From assembly GCF_963921235.1 (NCBI RefSeq), contig NC_086124.1, forward strand, positions 27,900,001-27,964,000: DNA of 64,000 bases, given 5' to 3'. The translations under genes and the position numbers were made by a program. Shown one piece after another: positions 12,220-24,039 of the stretch (position 1 is the first letter of the stretch; each line of letters starts with the position of its first letter). This DNA is from Mobula hypostoma. Taxonomy: Eukaryota. The notes beneath the pieces were generated by a model. The model had not been told where the DNA came from and did not search any database. It saw nothing but the letters and a program-made list of their open reading frames with translations.

Positions 12220-13220
12220 ACAGGTGCCACTCCTCCAGAACCACCTCTCCCTCCCACTGTAAAACTCCAATAGCTGGGATTTGGTGTTGGTACTGCTGAC
12301 CCTTCACCCTCACTCTCGGCACCCTCCTCTTCCCCAGTTCGATGCCCACGTCCCCACCCACCTCTTCGCCCAAACCCCTCCTCGCCATCGAATTGCCCTT
12401 CCCTCAACACCTCTCCCCACAGACATCTCTCCTCACCGTCCACACCCAACTCTCCACCCACCCCCTCTCTCCCTACCCACCCTCGGTGACTACTTCCCTC
12501 CCTCCGCAAACATCCTTGGCGGTCCCTCCCCACCCACTCACCCATAGCCCCCTCCCAATCTCAGTGCCCTGTATCCTCCCCACTCTCTGCACCCCCACAA
12601 CTCCACTCCTCAGCCCTCCGTCCCACCCTTAGCACCCCTCTCCCTCCCCACACACCTTTGGCACCCTAATTCCTTCCCCACACAACCATCCCCAGTGACC
12701 CCTCCTCTTCCACCACCCCCTCAACAATACTCAATCCACCTCCACTCCCTCCCTTCCTGCTTTCTCTCAGTGCATCCTTCCCTTCCCACGCCCGTTCTGT
12801 GCCCTCTCTCCTCTCCTTTGGAAGCCCCTCCTCTCCCATGGTGCCCACTCCAGTACTCTCCATTGGTGCCCCCTCCTCCCTACCTTCCCTTTGCACCCCC
12901 TTCCCACCCTCCTTTGGTGTTCACTCCCTACCCACCCTGCCTCAATGTCACTCCCCTCTCCTCCCCACCCTCCATCGGTACCCATTCCCCTCCCCTCCCC
13001 TCTTAACCCTCCCTCAGTTCCCCTCCCCACCCTCCCTTGGTGCTACTCTCTCCACCTTCCTTCAGCGAGGTCTCCCTTTCCCTCCTGACCTTTACCCTCC
13101 CCTCCCTCCCTCCCTAGTTGCCCTCTTCCCTCTCTTGCCCACCCTCCCTCAGTGTCCCCACCCCTCTCTACCTCCCTACGCTCCATCGGTGCCCCCTCCC
13201 ATCCCTGCTGCGCTGCGCTC
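12220..13220. repeat. ~1 kb C-rich low-complexity tract filling most of intron 1
   Basis: The plus strand is dominated by C and T runs, so it is G-rich on the gene's sense strand. It produces only spurious Pro-rich or Gly-rich ORFs. Confidence 0.85.
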
Positions 13221-13225
13221 CTCAC

Positions 13226-13370
13226 CCAGGGCAGTGGAGCCGTTGAGGAGGAGGAGGAAGGCGGCGAGCAGAGAGGGAGAGCGGCGTCGCCTCACGCCGG
13301 CCGGCGGCTCCTGAGACAGCGGGAGGAGCAGCTGGCTCACGGTTCGCGGAGACGGCATCATTCCCCACAT
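13226..13370 (-). CDS. WB: Leader (signal peptide) exon of the WB-like gene
   Basis: In-frame ATGs at 13370, 13361 and 13358. Translation: MWGMMPSPRTVSQLLLPLSQEPPAGVRRRRSPSLLAAFLLLLNGSTAL(G). The phase-1 donor CTG G|gtgag at 13226 joins in frame to the GA of the next exon. Lies in a CpG-rich segment. Confidence 0.8.
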
Positions 13371-13560
13371 CCCTTTCACCGAAGGCTGAGGACCTTGTCA
13401 CACAGCCTCTACGCGCGAAACCGATCGCCAGCCGGCAGGTCCCGTAACGGGAGGCGATCGATGTAGAAGTTTCCCCGGCTGAGTGGACGGCCGCTGCCAC
13501 AGACAGGCGGGGCGAGGCGGGAGAAACGCCTTCTGTTTCCACATGGCGCTTTATTCTCAA
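13230..13560 (-). promoter_or_regulatory. CpG island / probable promoter of the WB-like gene
   Basis: Locally dense CpG in an otherwise CpG-depleted window. It overlaps the leader exon and contains a GC box (ggcggggcg at ~13506). Confidence 0.6.
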
Positions 13561-13629
13561 CGAGACTCAACAACACTAGACGAAAGGTGATTGGGATACC
13601 AGCTGAGAGGAGCGTGGATTGGGGCGGGT

Positions 13630-13968
13630 AATAACAGGTGGGGGGGGGGTAGGTGTGTGAGTGGGACACCAGGTGAGGGGGGGGTAGGTGTGTGAGTGGG
13701 ACACCAGGTGAGGGGGGAGGTAGGTGTGTGGGTGGGACACCAGGTGAGGGAGAGGTAGGTGTTTGGGTGGGATACCAGCTGAGGGGAGGTGGTTCGGTTG
13801 GTGGGATGCCAGGTGAGAAGGGAGGTGGGTGGGTGTAATACCAGGCGAGGGGGAGGTGGAATGGGGGGAAAGCAGGTGAGGGGGAAGGTGGGTGGATGGG
13901 ATACCAGTTGTGCCATAAGGTGGGTGATAGGGGGGAGGAGTATACCAGGTGAGAGGGACGGTGTGTGT

Positions 13969-14004
<36 letters not shown>
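13630..14004 (+). repeat. G-rich ~35-bp minisatellite followed by a (TG)n microsatellite (13961-14004)
   Basis: About four close copies of ggtaggtgtgtgagtgggacaccaggtgagggg, then degenerate copies, then a TG run. Confidence 0.85.
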
Positions 14005-14006
<2 letters not shown>

Positions 14007-14059
14007 TAGGGGGCTACCAGGTAAGAGGGGATAGCAGGTGTTTGGATGGTAGACAGGTG

Positions 14060-14410
14060 GGTAGTGGATGGGGGTATGCCAGATGAAGGGGAAGGTGTGA
14101 GGTTGCTCCATTTTCCATTCTTATCAGATTCCTTCTTCTTCAGCCTTAACCGCTTCCACCAATCACCTTCCAGCTTCTTATTCCAAAACCTCAACCTATC
14201 CCACCCACCTTCCGCCTCTCCTGGCCTCACCTATCACCTGCAAGCATGTTCACCTTCCCCACCTCCCACCTTCTTATTCTGGCTTCTCCCCACCACCCCC
14301 CCCCCACCTTCCTTTCCAGTCCTGGTGAAGGTTCTCGGTGTGAGATGTTGATTGTCCATTTCCCTCTCTAGACATTGCCTGACCTGATGGGTTCCTCCGG
14401 CAGTTTGTGT
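14060..14410 (+). mobile_element. Old Penelope-like 3' terminal fragment with a decayed hammerhead motif (14317-14354)
   Basis: cagtc ctggtga aggttctcggtgt gagat gtt gattg, followed by ctagacattgcctgacctgatgggttcctcc. Confidence 0.55.
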
Positions 14411-14574
14411 GTCTTACATTTATGTAGCATCTTTGAAGACATTCCATGTCAATTAAATGTGTCATCAAATGCTCAGGAGACCAATGGCACCTAATGGCGA
14501 TTCCTTTGCTTGCATCTTTGGAAAGAGCTCTATTTCTTTCTTTTTTCCCTTTTCGGGGTTCTTTTGAAGATCCT

Positions 14575-15230
14575 GACCTGGAGTGACACGCTGACTTCGG
14601 TTCTTTGCGGGAATGGGACCCGCTCTTGGGGTCTCAGGACTGGCTGCTTTTTGATATGCCATGGACGCGGCCTGGAAGACTCGCGCACCTTTGGTGTGCC
14701 GGATTCCGGTGGCTCTGGAGGTAGGTGGACTCGAGGTCGGTGCCGGTGCCTGGTGTGTTGTGGGAGATGAAAGACCCGAGTTCTTTGGGCACAAAGCTCA
14801 GAAAAAGCGATGCAGCTGACTTTTAAGTCTGTTGTTTATTATACCTCCCCTCTCACTGTGAAACGGGGATACCTCTTTTTCCATTATTAGGGAGAGAGAG
14901 AGAGAGAGAGCCCGTGGTATGTCGAATACTGGGTGAATGAGTAGTCTTTGGGGTACTGCAAGTCCGTGTCTTTATTGGTGCTTTGCTGCACGCTTGAGTT
15001 CTTTGTCGGGGTTGCTGACGCTTTTTTACTGGTGGGGGAGAGGGGGGTTGTTGCCTTGCTGCTGCTTATGCGTGGCAGGGGTGAGCTGGGGGGGTGGGCT
15101 TTGGGGTTCTAACATTTAACTGTCATTCATTCTTTGGGGAACTCCTCTGTTTTCATGGACGTTTGTGAAGAAAGGGAGTTTCAGGGTGTATATTGTATAC
15201 ATTCCTCTGACATTCAATGCACCTTTGAAA
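14575..15230 (+). repeat. Unclassified interspersed repeat; a related copy is inverted at ~41250-42170
   Basis: Shared core cccctctcactgtgaaacg...ttattagggagagagag, found as its reverse complement at ~41670-41730. Confidence 0.6.
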
Positions 15231-15389
15231 TGTGACGTTGAGATGCCAATGGCAAAAATTGCAAAGGTCAACAGATGTTTGAAGGAAGAGGTAACTAAGC
15301 TACTTAGAGGAGCAGAGAGGTGCAGATATTACAGGTGATAATTCTTAAGAGCTGCTGACAATGGACTGGGTGGTGTAAGAAACCAGGGA

Positions 15390-15870
15390 TGAGGTGACTA
15401 CCTTCTCTGGAATCTCACTAGGCTGTGGCCTCAGCCTCCTTCTCTGTTTCTTGTACACTCACAACTGTGCAGCCACAGTCTGTGTTACTCCATCTACAGG
15501 TTTCAGGGAGACACCATTGTAGTGGGCCGAACCTCAAAAAGCAATGAGGGGGAGGAGAGGAAGATACAAGAGAGCCTAGTGGCATGGAGTCGTGACGACA
15601 GCCTCTCCCTGACTGTCAGCAGAACAAAAGGCTTTGTCAGTAACATCAGGAAAGAGGGTGGGGCACATGTTCTTGTGTACCTCATTGGTACTGAGGCTCA
15701 GAGGGTTAAGAGCTTCATGTTCCTAGGTGTGAACATCACTAATGTTCCATCCTTGTCCAACCACCTAAATGCCAAGGCCAAGAGCACTCACCAATGCCTC
15801 TGTTTCCTCAGGAGGCTAAAGAAATCTAGCGTGTCCCTTTTGACCCTCTCCAAGGGTCGTCACCTTATCA
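15390..15870 (+). mobile_element. Rex1/Babar-type LINE RT fragment
   Basis: Translation VKSFMFLGVNIT...HQCLCFLRRLKK is the typical post-RT FLGV...FLRRLK motif. Confidence 0.65.
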
Positions 15871-16699
15871 TGGTGGGGAGGCTCGTGAGTTCCTGAGGTC
15901 CTGAGGGTAATGCCGCCTGGAGCTTAGGCCCTGATAGGGTCACCCACGGTGGTAAGGTTAACGGAAAAGTTCCAGACAAAGAGCGATGCAACTAAGACCT
16001 CAGTTGTAGGGCTGGCGGAAGATAATGACACATCACAATGACAGTGAGGGCCGGGGACGGCTGTAGCAGTGACGGGTCTCCAGTCGCCTTGCACTCCACG
16101 CCACTGGACCCTGACCTGAATCTGTCAATGACTGCGCATCAGCATCTCCACGTCGAACGCATAGCTGTGCTCCATTAAGGGAATAGCCCCTTTGGAGAGT
16201 GTCATACTCGTTCGAGTGAATGTTCTATCCTTGTATGCAGCGGCACTAGAGAATGCCATCATGGCTTGATGGGGCAACGGCTCTGCACGTGACTGCAAGA
16301 AACTGTGGAGCTGCGGGCCACAACTCAGCACATCGCGGAAAGCGGCTTCTCCTCCATACACTGCTTGCTGCTTCAGCAAAACAGCCAGCATAACCAAGGA
16401 CCCCAGCCACCCCAGACATTCTCTCTTCTCCCCTCTGCATTGGGCAAAAGCCTGAAAGCATGCACTACCGGGCTCACGGACAGAGTCCATCCTGGTTATA
16501 AGGCCATTGAATGGCCCTCTAGTCAGATGAGGTGGAATCTGGACCTCATAACCTTTCTGGTTGTTGCCTGTGCTGTGTTTTCTCTGTTACTGGAAGACCC
16601 TACTCTTCATTGTGTGATTGCTTTCCCCTTGTACCATCTCAGTGCGCTGATGTGATAAATGATTTGCTGGTGTGACATGCAAAAACCAAATTTTCCCAC

Positions 16700-17060
16700 T
16701 CCTTTCAAGATGTTTGAGGCCATCTTCAAAAGGCAATGCCTGAAAAGGGTGGCATCCGTCATTAAGGACCCCCATCACCCAGGACGCACCCTCTTCTCAT
16801 TGCTACCATTGGAGAGGAGGTACACGGACCTGAAGGCACACGCTCAACGTTTTAGGAACAGCTTCTTCTCCCCCTCCACCACATTTCCAAATGGTCCATT
16901 ACCTCATGAATACTATTTTGCTCTCTTTTCTCTCTACTTATTTATTTTAATGTTTTGTCATTTATATATTGAAATTTATAGCATTATTTATGCATTGCAA
17001 TGTTCTGCTGTTGCAAAACAATCGCTTTCACGACACATGTCAGTGATAATAAACCTGATT
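16700..17060 (+). mobile_element. Rex1/Babar-type LINE 3' end
   Basis: VASVIKDPHHPGRTLFSLLPLERRY...RFRNSFF, followed by an AT-rich tail ending in aataaacctgattctg. Confidence 0.65.
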
Positions 17061-17153
17061 CTGTGCTTGGGGTCACATGACAATTTCAGTGTGGGAGAAA
17101 CATGGACAAGCCACACAACATATTGCACATGTTTCCAGTGAATGCTTGATATT

Positions 17154-18090
17154 CACTCAGGGGCCACTTTATTAGGTACTTTAATGCAAATATCTAATCA
17201 GCCCATCATTTGACAGCAGCTCAATGCATGTGTTTTTGTTCAGACTAAACATCAGAATGGGGGAAGAAATGTGATCTAAGTGACTTTGACTGTTGGTGCC
17301 AGATGGGGTGGTTTGAGTATCTCAGAAACTGCTGATCTCCTGGGATTTTCACATACAAGTCTCTAGAGTTTACAAAAACTGGTCCAAGGAACAGAAGTGG
17401 AGTGGCAGTTCTGTGGGTGAAAGCGCAGAGGAACATCTGGATTAACTTCTGAAATGCCTCTTCACTGCCGCTGCTACTGTGCGATCGGGAATCTCCGGAG
17501 ACGAAGGCCCCAAATCCTCGGTTTGCCTATCGCCTGTTGCCGGGGCCGGGGTCGAAATGCTCGGCAGAGATGGTGCTTGGTGCTTGGTGTCAAATAGGTG
17601 GTCGGAGGATTGGAGTTGTTCGGACGGACTCGGAGTCGGACTGTGGTCAGATGCTTCCGGGATGCTGCATCGTCAAGTTGGCATCACTGGAGGTTTACCG
17701 TCTGCGTGAGATGATGGGACTTTCGACAGACTCTGTGACTTTTACTGTGCCATGGTCTGTTCTTATCAAATTATGGTATTGCTTTGCACTGTTGTAACTA
17801 CATGTTATAATTATGTGGCTTTTATTAGTTTTTAAGTCGGTTTGTCAGGTGTTTTCGTGATATCTTTCTGGAAAAACATTTTTATCATTTCTTAATTCAT
17901 GCATTACTAAATGACAGTAAAAGGGACTGCGTGTCCTCATAATCATAATCATAATTTGTTAATGAGAGAGGTCAGAGGAGAATGACAAGACTAGTTCATA
18001 CCGACAGGAAGACAACAGTGAGTCAAATAACTACACATTAATACAGCAGTGTGCAAAAGAGCATCTTGAATGCATAGCATGTGCACCTTG
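17154..18090 (+). mobile_element. Tc1-derived MITE split by a ~530-bp insertion (~17425-17955) that ends in (ataatc)n
   Basis: MITE sequence gtgggtgaaagc|ttgttaatgagagagg is separated by a GC-richer insert with a tandem ataatc tail, which suggests a LINE 3' end. Confidence 0.6.
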
Positions 18091-18094
18091 AAGT

Positions 18095-18250
18095 TTATAC
18101 GTTCTCCCCGTGACCATGTGGGTTTCCTCTGGGTGCTCTGGTTTCCTCCCACAGTCCCCAGACCTACTGGTTGGTAGGTTAATTGGTCTTTGTAAATTGT
18201 CCTGTGATTAGACTAGCATTAAAATGGGGTTTCTGGATGGCACAGCTCAA
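18095..18250 (+). mobile_element. V-SINE (HE1-like) fragment
   Basis: Core gtgggtttcctctgggtgctctggtttcctcccaca matches the conserved V-SINE central domain. Confidence 0.6.
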
Positions 18251-19429
18251 AGGAGAAGGGCCTAAAATATTTATTACTAAATAAACCTACACTTAACAAT
18301 AATCAACCAATTTACCAATTTCAAAGTGGAAGAAAGACGGCAAGCCACACTATATATTACATAAATTTGCATATTTTAAATTCTGTGCATTCTTTGGGGA
18401 GATGAGGAACTTAACTCAGCTTTGGGGAAGTTTCACATGGGAGGTCTCGTGTTGGCTCTGTGCCCAAGACACAAAATTACATTCTGCAGCACACTGAAAT
18501 GCACTGAACCTGACCTGGGGGATTTCTCAAGCTGTGTTCCTTTGTTCAACCGGGAAATGGTCTCATTGAAATATCCTTACAACCAACTACACTGGATTAT
18601 CCACATAACAATATTTTTTTGAGCGGAGAGCAGCAGTTACTCAATAAGATCTGGTTTCTTTTCTATCATATGTCCCTTGTTCAAGGCTCAAAGTAGATGT
18701 ATTATTAAAGTACATATATGTCACCATACAGAACTCTGAGATTCATTCCCTGTGGGACTACGTACATAGTAAATCCAATGTGTCACCAATGTTCCGGATT
18801 CTTCTCTGAGAACCCATGAGTCCAAAATTTAAGTGTAGAAAAGTAGCATCACATACTTAACGTCCATTTGGGAGGTTAACCCCCAAAAGTTTACAAAACC
18901 GGAAAAATGGGAGCCCTATGAAGGGTCTTGGCCTAAAATATCAATTCTTATTCCTGTAGCTGCTGAGTTCTTCTGGCATTTTGTGTGTGTGTTACTCAAA
19001 AGTGGAAAATACTGGATTTTCCTCCGGCCAGGCTAAATGATTCAGTGTGACTCTGGTCTGAGGTCCTGGGTAAAACACTAAGCAGAGAAAAGATTATGAG
19101 ATGACTCATGCGTGAATCTTATGAATAACAGGAAGGGTGAAATGCAACAGATTTAAATAAAGTAGGAGGAACATCTACTGAACTTCATTTGGAAGAGCCT
19201 TTCTGCCCCAGTGTTTCATGTGGTTTGGATTGGGTATTTCAAAGTTCAGAGTTCAAAGTAAAGCTCACTATCAGAGTACACACGTCACCGTATACAACCC
19301 TGAAATTCTTTATCCGTGGGCATACTTAGCAAATCTCTAGAACACCATCTGTAAACAGTATCTATAAACTATAAACAATCTCTGCAACTTGTTTCAGTCA
19401 GAACAAGGGGAAGTACACTGTGATTAAAG

Positions 19430-19960
19430 CATACAGTTGGTACCTAATAAAGTAGCCACTGAGTTTACATTCATGGTCACCTTGCTGCTGTACCCTGTCC
19501 ATGTCAAGGTTCGATGTATTGTGCATTCAGGGATGCTCTTCTGCAACCACTGTTGTAACGCATGGTTATTTAAGTTACTGTCAGCGTGGGCCAGTCTGGC
19601 TGTTCTCCTCTGAACTCTCTCATTAGCAAAGTTTTTTCACCCACAAAATTGATCCTCACTGGATGTTTTTTTTTAATTTTTGCACCAGTCTGTGTCAACT
19701 CCAGAGATGCTTGTGTGTGAAAATTACAGGAAATCAGCAGTTTCTGAGATACTCAAAACACCCAAATGTGGCACCAACAATCACTCCATTTTCAAAGTCA
19801 CTTAGATCACATTTCTTCCCCATTCTGATGTTTGGTCTGAACAGCAACTGAATCTCTTGACCATCTCTACGTGCTTTTATGCATCGAGTTACTGCCTGGT
19901 GAATGGCTGATTAGATATTTGCAATAATGAGCAGGTGTACAGGTGTACCAAATTTATTAT
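19430..19960 (-). mobile_element. Tc1-derived MITE
   Basis: tacctaataaagtagccactgag terminus plus the reverse complement of the internal sequence of the 2959 copy. Confidence 0.65.
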
Positions 19961-20369
19961 TAAAGAAAATGTGATATTGAAACATACTGTTTCAACTTCT
20001 GGAGCTGCAAAAGGCCTTGGACCAATGTTCCCTTTTTCTTTTTTTAAAGCTGCATAGACCAACAATTGTTCTGAGCAGGAATTTTTTACATGGCCCGAAA
20101 ACTGTGTGATACTTTGAATGTTATCTTTTTCTTTAGTATGTATACTCTTGAATATTTAGAATGAAAATTGAAAGATCACATACTTTTGATTTTATTTACT
20201 AACTGAAGTGTACAATGAAATAGAGTACAAAAAAGAAAATTTTTCATGCTTCATAAACCTTTTCTTGTCTGTTTTTCTTCCAGCTGCGTGGCAACAAAGG
20301 CTATGTGTGTGGGAGCATTTCAGTTACACCATGGCTGTGCACCCGTGTGGCTTAGATGGAACGGTGCCT

Positions 20370-22260
20370 TGGACAGATTAGGAGAATAGGCAAAGAAGTG
20401 GCAGATGGCATGCAATGTAGGGAAGTGTATTCTCTTGCACCTTGGTAGAAGGAATAAAGGTGTTGGCTGTTGTATAAATGGGGAGAAAATTCAGGAAGCA
20501 GAGGTGCAAAAGGACTTCAAAGTTGCTGGTGAACGCAGCAGGCCAGGCAGCATCTCTAGGAAGAGGTACAGTCGACGTTTCGGGCCGAGACCTTTCGTTA
20601 GGACTAACTGAAAGAAGAGCTAGTAAGAGATTTGAAAGTGGGAGGGGGAGGGGGAGATCTGAAATGATAGGAGAAGACAGGAGGGGGAGGGATGGAGCCA
20701 AGAGCTGGACAGTTGATTGGCAAAAGGGATATGAGAGGATCATGGGACAGGAGGCCCAGGGAGAAGGAAAAGGGGGAGGGGGGAAAAGCCCAGAGGATGG
20801 GCAAGGGGTATAGTGAGAGGGACAGAGGGAGAAAAAGGAGAGAGAGAAAAAGAATGTGTGTTTATAAATAAATAACGGATGGGGTACGAGGGGGAGGGTG
20901 GGGCATTAGTGGAAGTTTGAGAAGTCAATTTCATGCCATCAGGTTGGAGGCTACCCAGACGGAATATAAGGTGTAGCTACTCTCTGTCCGCCAGAGAAAG
21001 CAGGATCTCCCAGTGGCCTCATATTTCAATTCCACATCCCATTCCCATTCTGACATGTCTATCCACGGCCTCCTCTACTGTAAAGATGAAGCCACACTCA
21101 GGTTGGAGGAACAACACCTTATATTCCGTCTGGGTAGCCTCCAACCTGATGGCATGAACACTGACTTCTCAAACTTCCGCTAATGCCCCACCTCCCCCTC
21201 GTACCCCATCTGTTATTTATTTATATACACACATTCTTTTTCTCTCTCTCCTTTTTCCCCCTCTGTCCTCTCACTATACCCCTTGCCCATCCTCTGGGCT
21301 TTTCCCCCCTCCCCCTTTTCTTTCTCCCTAGGCCTCCTGTCCCATGATCCTCTGATATCCCTTTTGCCAATCAACTGTCCAGTTTTTGGCTCCATCCCTC
21401 CCCCTCCTGTCTTCTCCTATCATTTTGGATCTCCCCCTCCCCCTCCCACTTTCAAATCTCTTACTAGCTCTTCTTTCAGTTAGTCCTGACGAAGGGTCTC
21501 GACCTGAAACGTCAACTGTACCTCTTCCTAGGGATGCTGCCTGGCCTGCTGCGTTCACCAGCAACTTTTATGTGTTTGCTTGAAATTCCAGCATCTGCAG
21601 ATTTCCTCGTGTGCGCAAGAAGACTTGGTAATCCTCTTGCAGGATTTCCCGAAGGTTAACTTGCAGGTTGAGTCATTATTAAGGAAGGCAAATACAATGT
21701 TGACATTCATTTCAAGAGGGCTTGACAATAAAAGCAAGAATGAAATGCTGAGGATTTATAAGGCACTGGCCAGACCACATTTGGACTATTGTGAGCAGTT
21801 TTCGGACCCGTATCTCAGAAAGGATGTGACAGTATTGGAGACGCTCCAGAGGAGGTTCACAAGAATGATCCCGGGAATGAAAGGGTAACAAATGGCGCTG
21901 AGTCTGTACTTGCTGGAGTTTAGAAGAATGAGTGGAGATCTCATTGAAACCTATTATAGAGTGAACGTAGAGAGGATGCTACCAATAGTGAGAGATCCAA
22001 GGGGTCCAGCCTTTAGACAGAAATGAGGAGAAATTTCTTTATCCAGAGAGTGGAATTCATTGCCACAGACAGTCGTGAAGGCCAAATCATTGGGTATAAT
22101 TAAAGAGACGTTGATAGGTTCTTGATTAGTAAGGGCGTCAAAGGTATGGGGAGAAGGCAGGAGAGTGGGGTTGATTGGAAAAATAGATTAACCTTGATGA
22201 AATGGTGGAGCGGATTCGATAAGACTGAATGGCCTAATTCTGCTTCTGTGTATTATGGAA
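20370..22260 (+). mobile_element. CR1 LINE 3' part, interrupted by the Penelope insertion at 20518-21614
   Basis: KCILLHLG upstream of the insertion; after it KANTMLTFISRGL...LYKALARPHLDYC..QF...QRRFTRMIPG and the CR1 3' UTR. Confidence 0.75.
20518..21614. mobile_element. Penelope-like insertion with inverted terminal arms
   Basis: 20518-20975 is the reverse complement of ~21115-21575. It is flanked by a degenerate direct repeat, gcaaaaggactt / gcaagaagactt. Hammerhead motifs lie at 20569-20606 (-) and 21481-21518 (+). Confidence 0.8.
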
Positions 22261-22389
22261 ACCTCAGGGTAATAGTTGAATAAGTGAACAAATAGGGAAC
22301 TAGCATCATAAAGGACCAGAGGGACACAGATACTGTATTATGGGTGATAATTTTAAGAGGTGCTGTCACTGAACACTAGGTGGTGTAAG

Positions 22390-22890
22390 AGACCAGAGAT
22401 GAGGTAGGTGTCTTCACTGGAATTCCACAAGGTGCATTGTTAATCCGCTTCTCCCTGTACAGTCATGACCTCCTGGCCAGATTCTGGTTGAACCCCGCCA
22501 ACAAGTTTGCAGATGAGACCACTGTAGCGGGCTGGATCTCAGATACCAATGAGAGGAAGTAGAGGAAAGAAAGAGAGAGCCCAGTGGCATGGATTCGCGC
22601 TAACAACCTCTCCCCGACTGTCGGGAGAACAAAAGAGCTGGTCCTTGACTTCTGGAAGGGAGCGGTGCACGCACTCCTATTTACAGCAGTGGTGACGGGG
22701 TGGAGAGCTAATAATTTTTAGTAGTGAACATTATCAATAAGTTCTGCTCCACGCCGCAGCTAAGAAGGTGCACCATCTCTTCTATGTGGTCTGGAAGATA
22801 AAGAAATTAGTCTGCCCCCTTTGTACCCTCACCAAGTTTTATCGATGCACCATGTTACGTGGATGTATTATGACTTGGTTCGGCAACTGT
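22390..22890 (+). mobile_element. Rex1/Babar-type LINE RT fragment
   Basis: aagtttgcagatgagaccactgtagcggg (decayed KFADDTTV motif) and the downstream homology shared with the 15390 and 49330 copies. Confidence 0.55.
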
Positions 22891-24039
22891 TCTGCCTGGG
22901 ATCTGACACCGGACAATGCAGATAGCCACGAGTGCTCGTCCCAACTGGCCTATTTCTGAAGATCATCGCCACGGTGTTGGAAAGAGTTTTGAGCTGCAGG
23001 ATGAAAATTATTTGTAGTTCCATGAACACCAGAGCAGCACATACAGTAGTTGTGATCGGTGCAGACTCTGGACCTCACCCCAAACTGCACAGTCTCTCCA
23101 GGACACCCCTGTGCTCCAGTTGAGAAGTGTAGGTGCCCCCCTGCTGGGGTCAACGCTGAACATGAAGTCTGAGTTGGAATGTGTCAGTTTGGCAAAAGGC
23201 TGCTCCTGAACATCTCCTGCTCGATGGCTTCGCCATTCCGCAGCCACGCTGTGTTGACGTCCCTTAGGTAAAGTCCATCCACTCTGTACATCAGGACTGA
23301 GGGCTTTACTCCCACGTTCAGCTGTGTTAACGTTATGGTGATGGAACGTTTCACTGCAGTGGAGAGAAACCATAAGACACAGGAGCAGAATTAGATCATA
23401 CGGCCCATCGAGTCTGCTCTGCCTTTCCATCATGGCTGATTCATTAACCCTCTCAACTCCATTCTCCTGTCTTCTTCCCGGAACCTTTGATGCCATTACT
23501 AATCAAGAACCTAACAACCTCCACTTTAAATATACCCAATGACTTGACCTTCACAGCTGTTTGTGACAATGAATTTCACAAATTCACCACCCTCTGGCTG
23601 AAGAAATTCCTCCTCATCTCTGTTCTAAAGGGACACACTTCCATTCTGATGCAGTGCCTCAGAATTACTGAGAATGCTCAGTACAGGAGATGGAATATCA
23701 TGTTATAGCATATTGGTAAGGTCACCTCCATAGTGCTGAGGCTATGAAGACTGCCCCAGCTTTTGTGCTCCATGCCCGCTAACATGATAAACTGATAAAC
23801 CAGACTTTGGGCTGCTCCAGGGTTCGGATCTGAGGATCATTTTGGTTTGGAATGCTGCTGTCTGCATGACCTCTTTTTGCTTTCTCTTGCACATTGATTG
23901 TTGTTTTTTTCTTTAATAAGGTTCTTTCAGATTCCTTGCTTTGTGGCCACCTGTGAGCAAGCAAATCTCAATGTTGTTTAATTTTTACATTCTTTGATAA
24001 CAAATGCACTTGAATCTTGAATCAATGTACAGTTCTGGT

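Noticed and set aside
12085-13225. Possible hidden alpha1 exon that would make the gene a class I heavy chain
   Set aside because: The interval is low-complexity C-rich sequence with no groove-domain-like frame, and the leader joins the next exon in frame.
13630-13800. Regularly spaced ~35-bp repeats resembling a CRISPR array
   Set aside because: The copies are tandem with no unique spacers, in a vertebrate context: a minisatellite.
12156-14230. Many long Pro-rich or Gly-rich ORFs (e.g. 13409-14230, 12799-13314)
   Set aside because: Artefacts of low-complexity C/G tracts and microsatellites.
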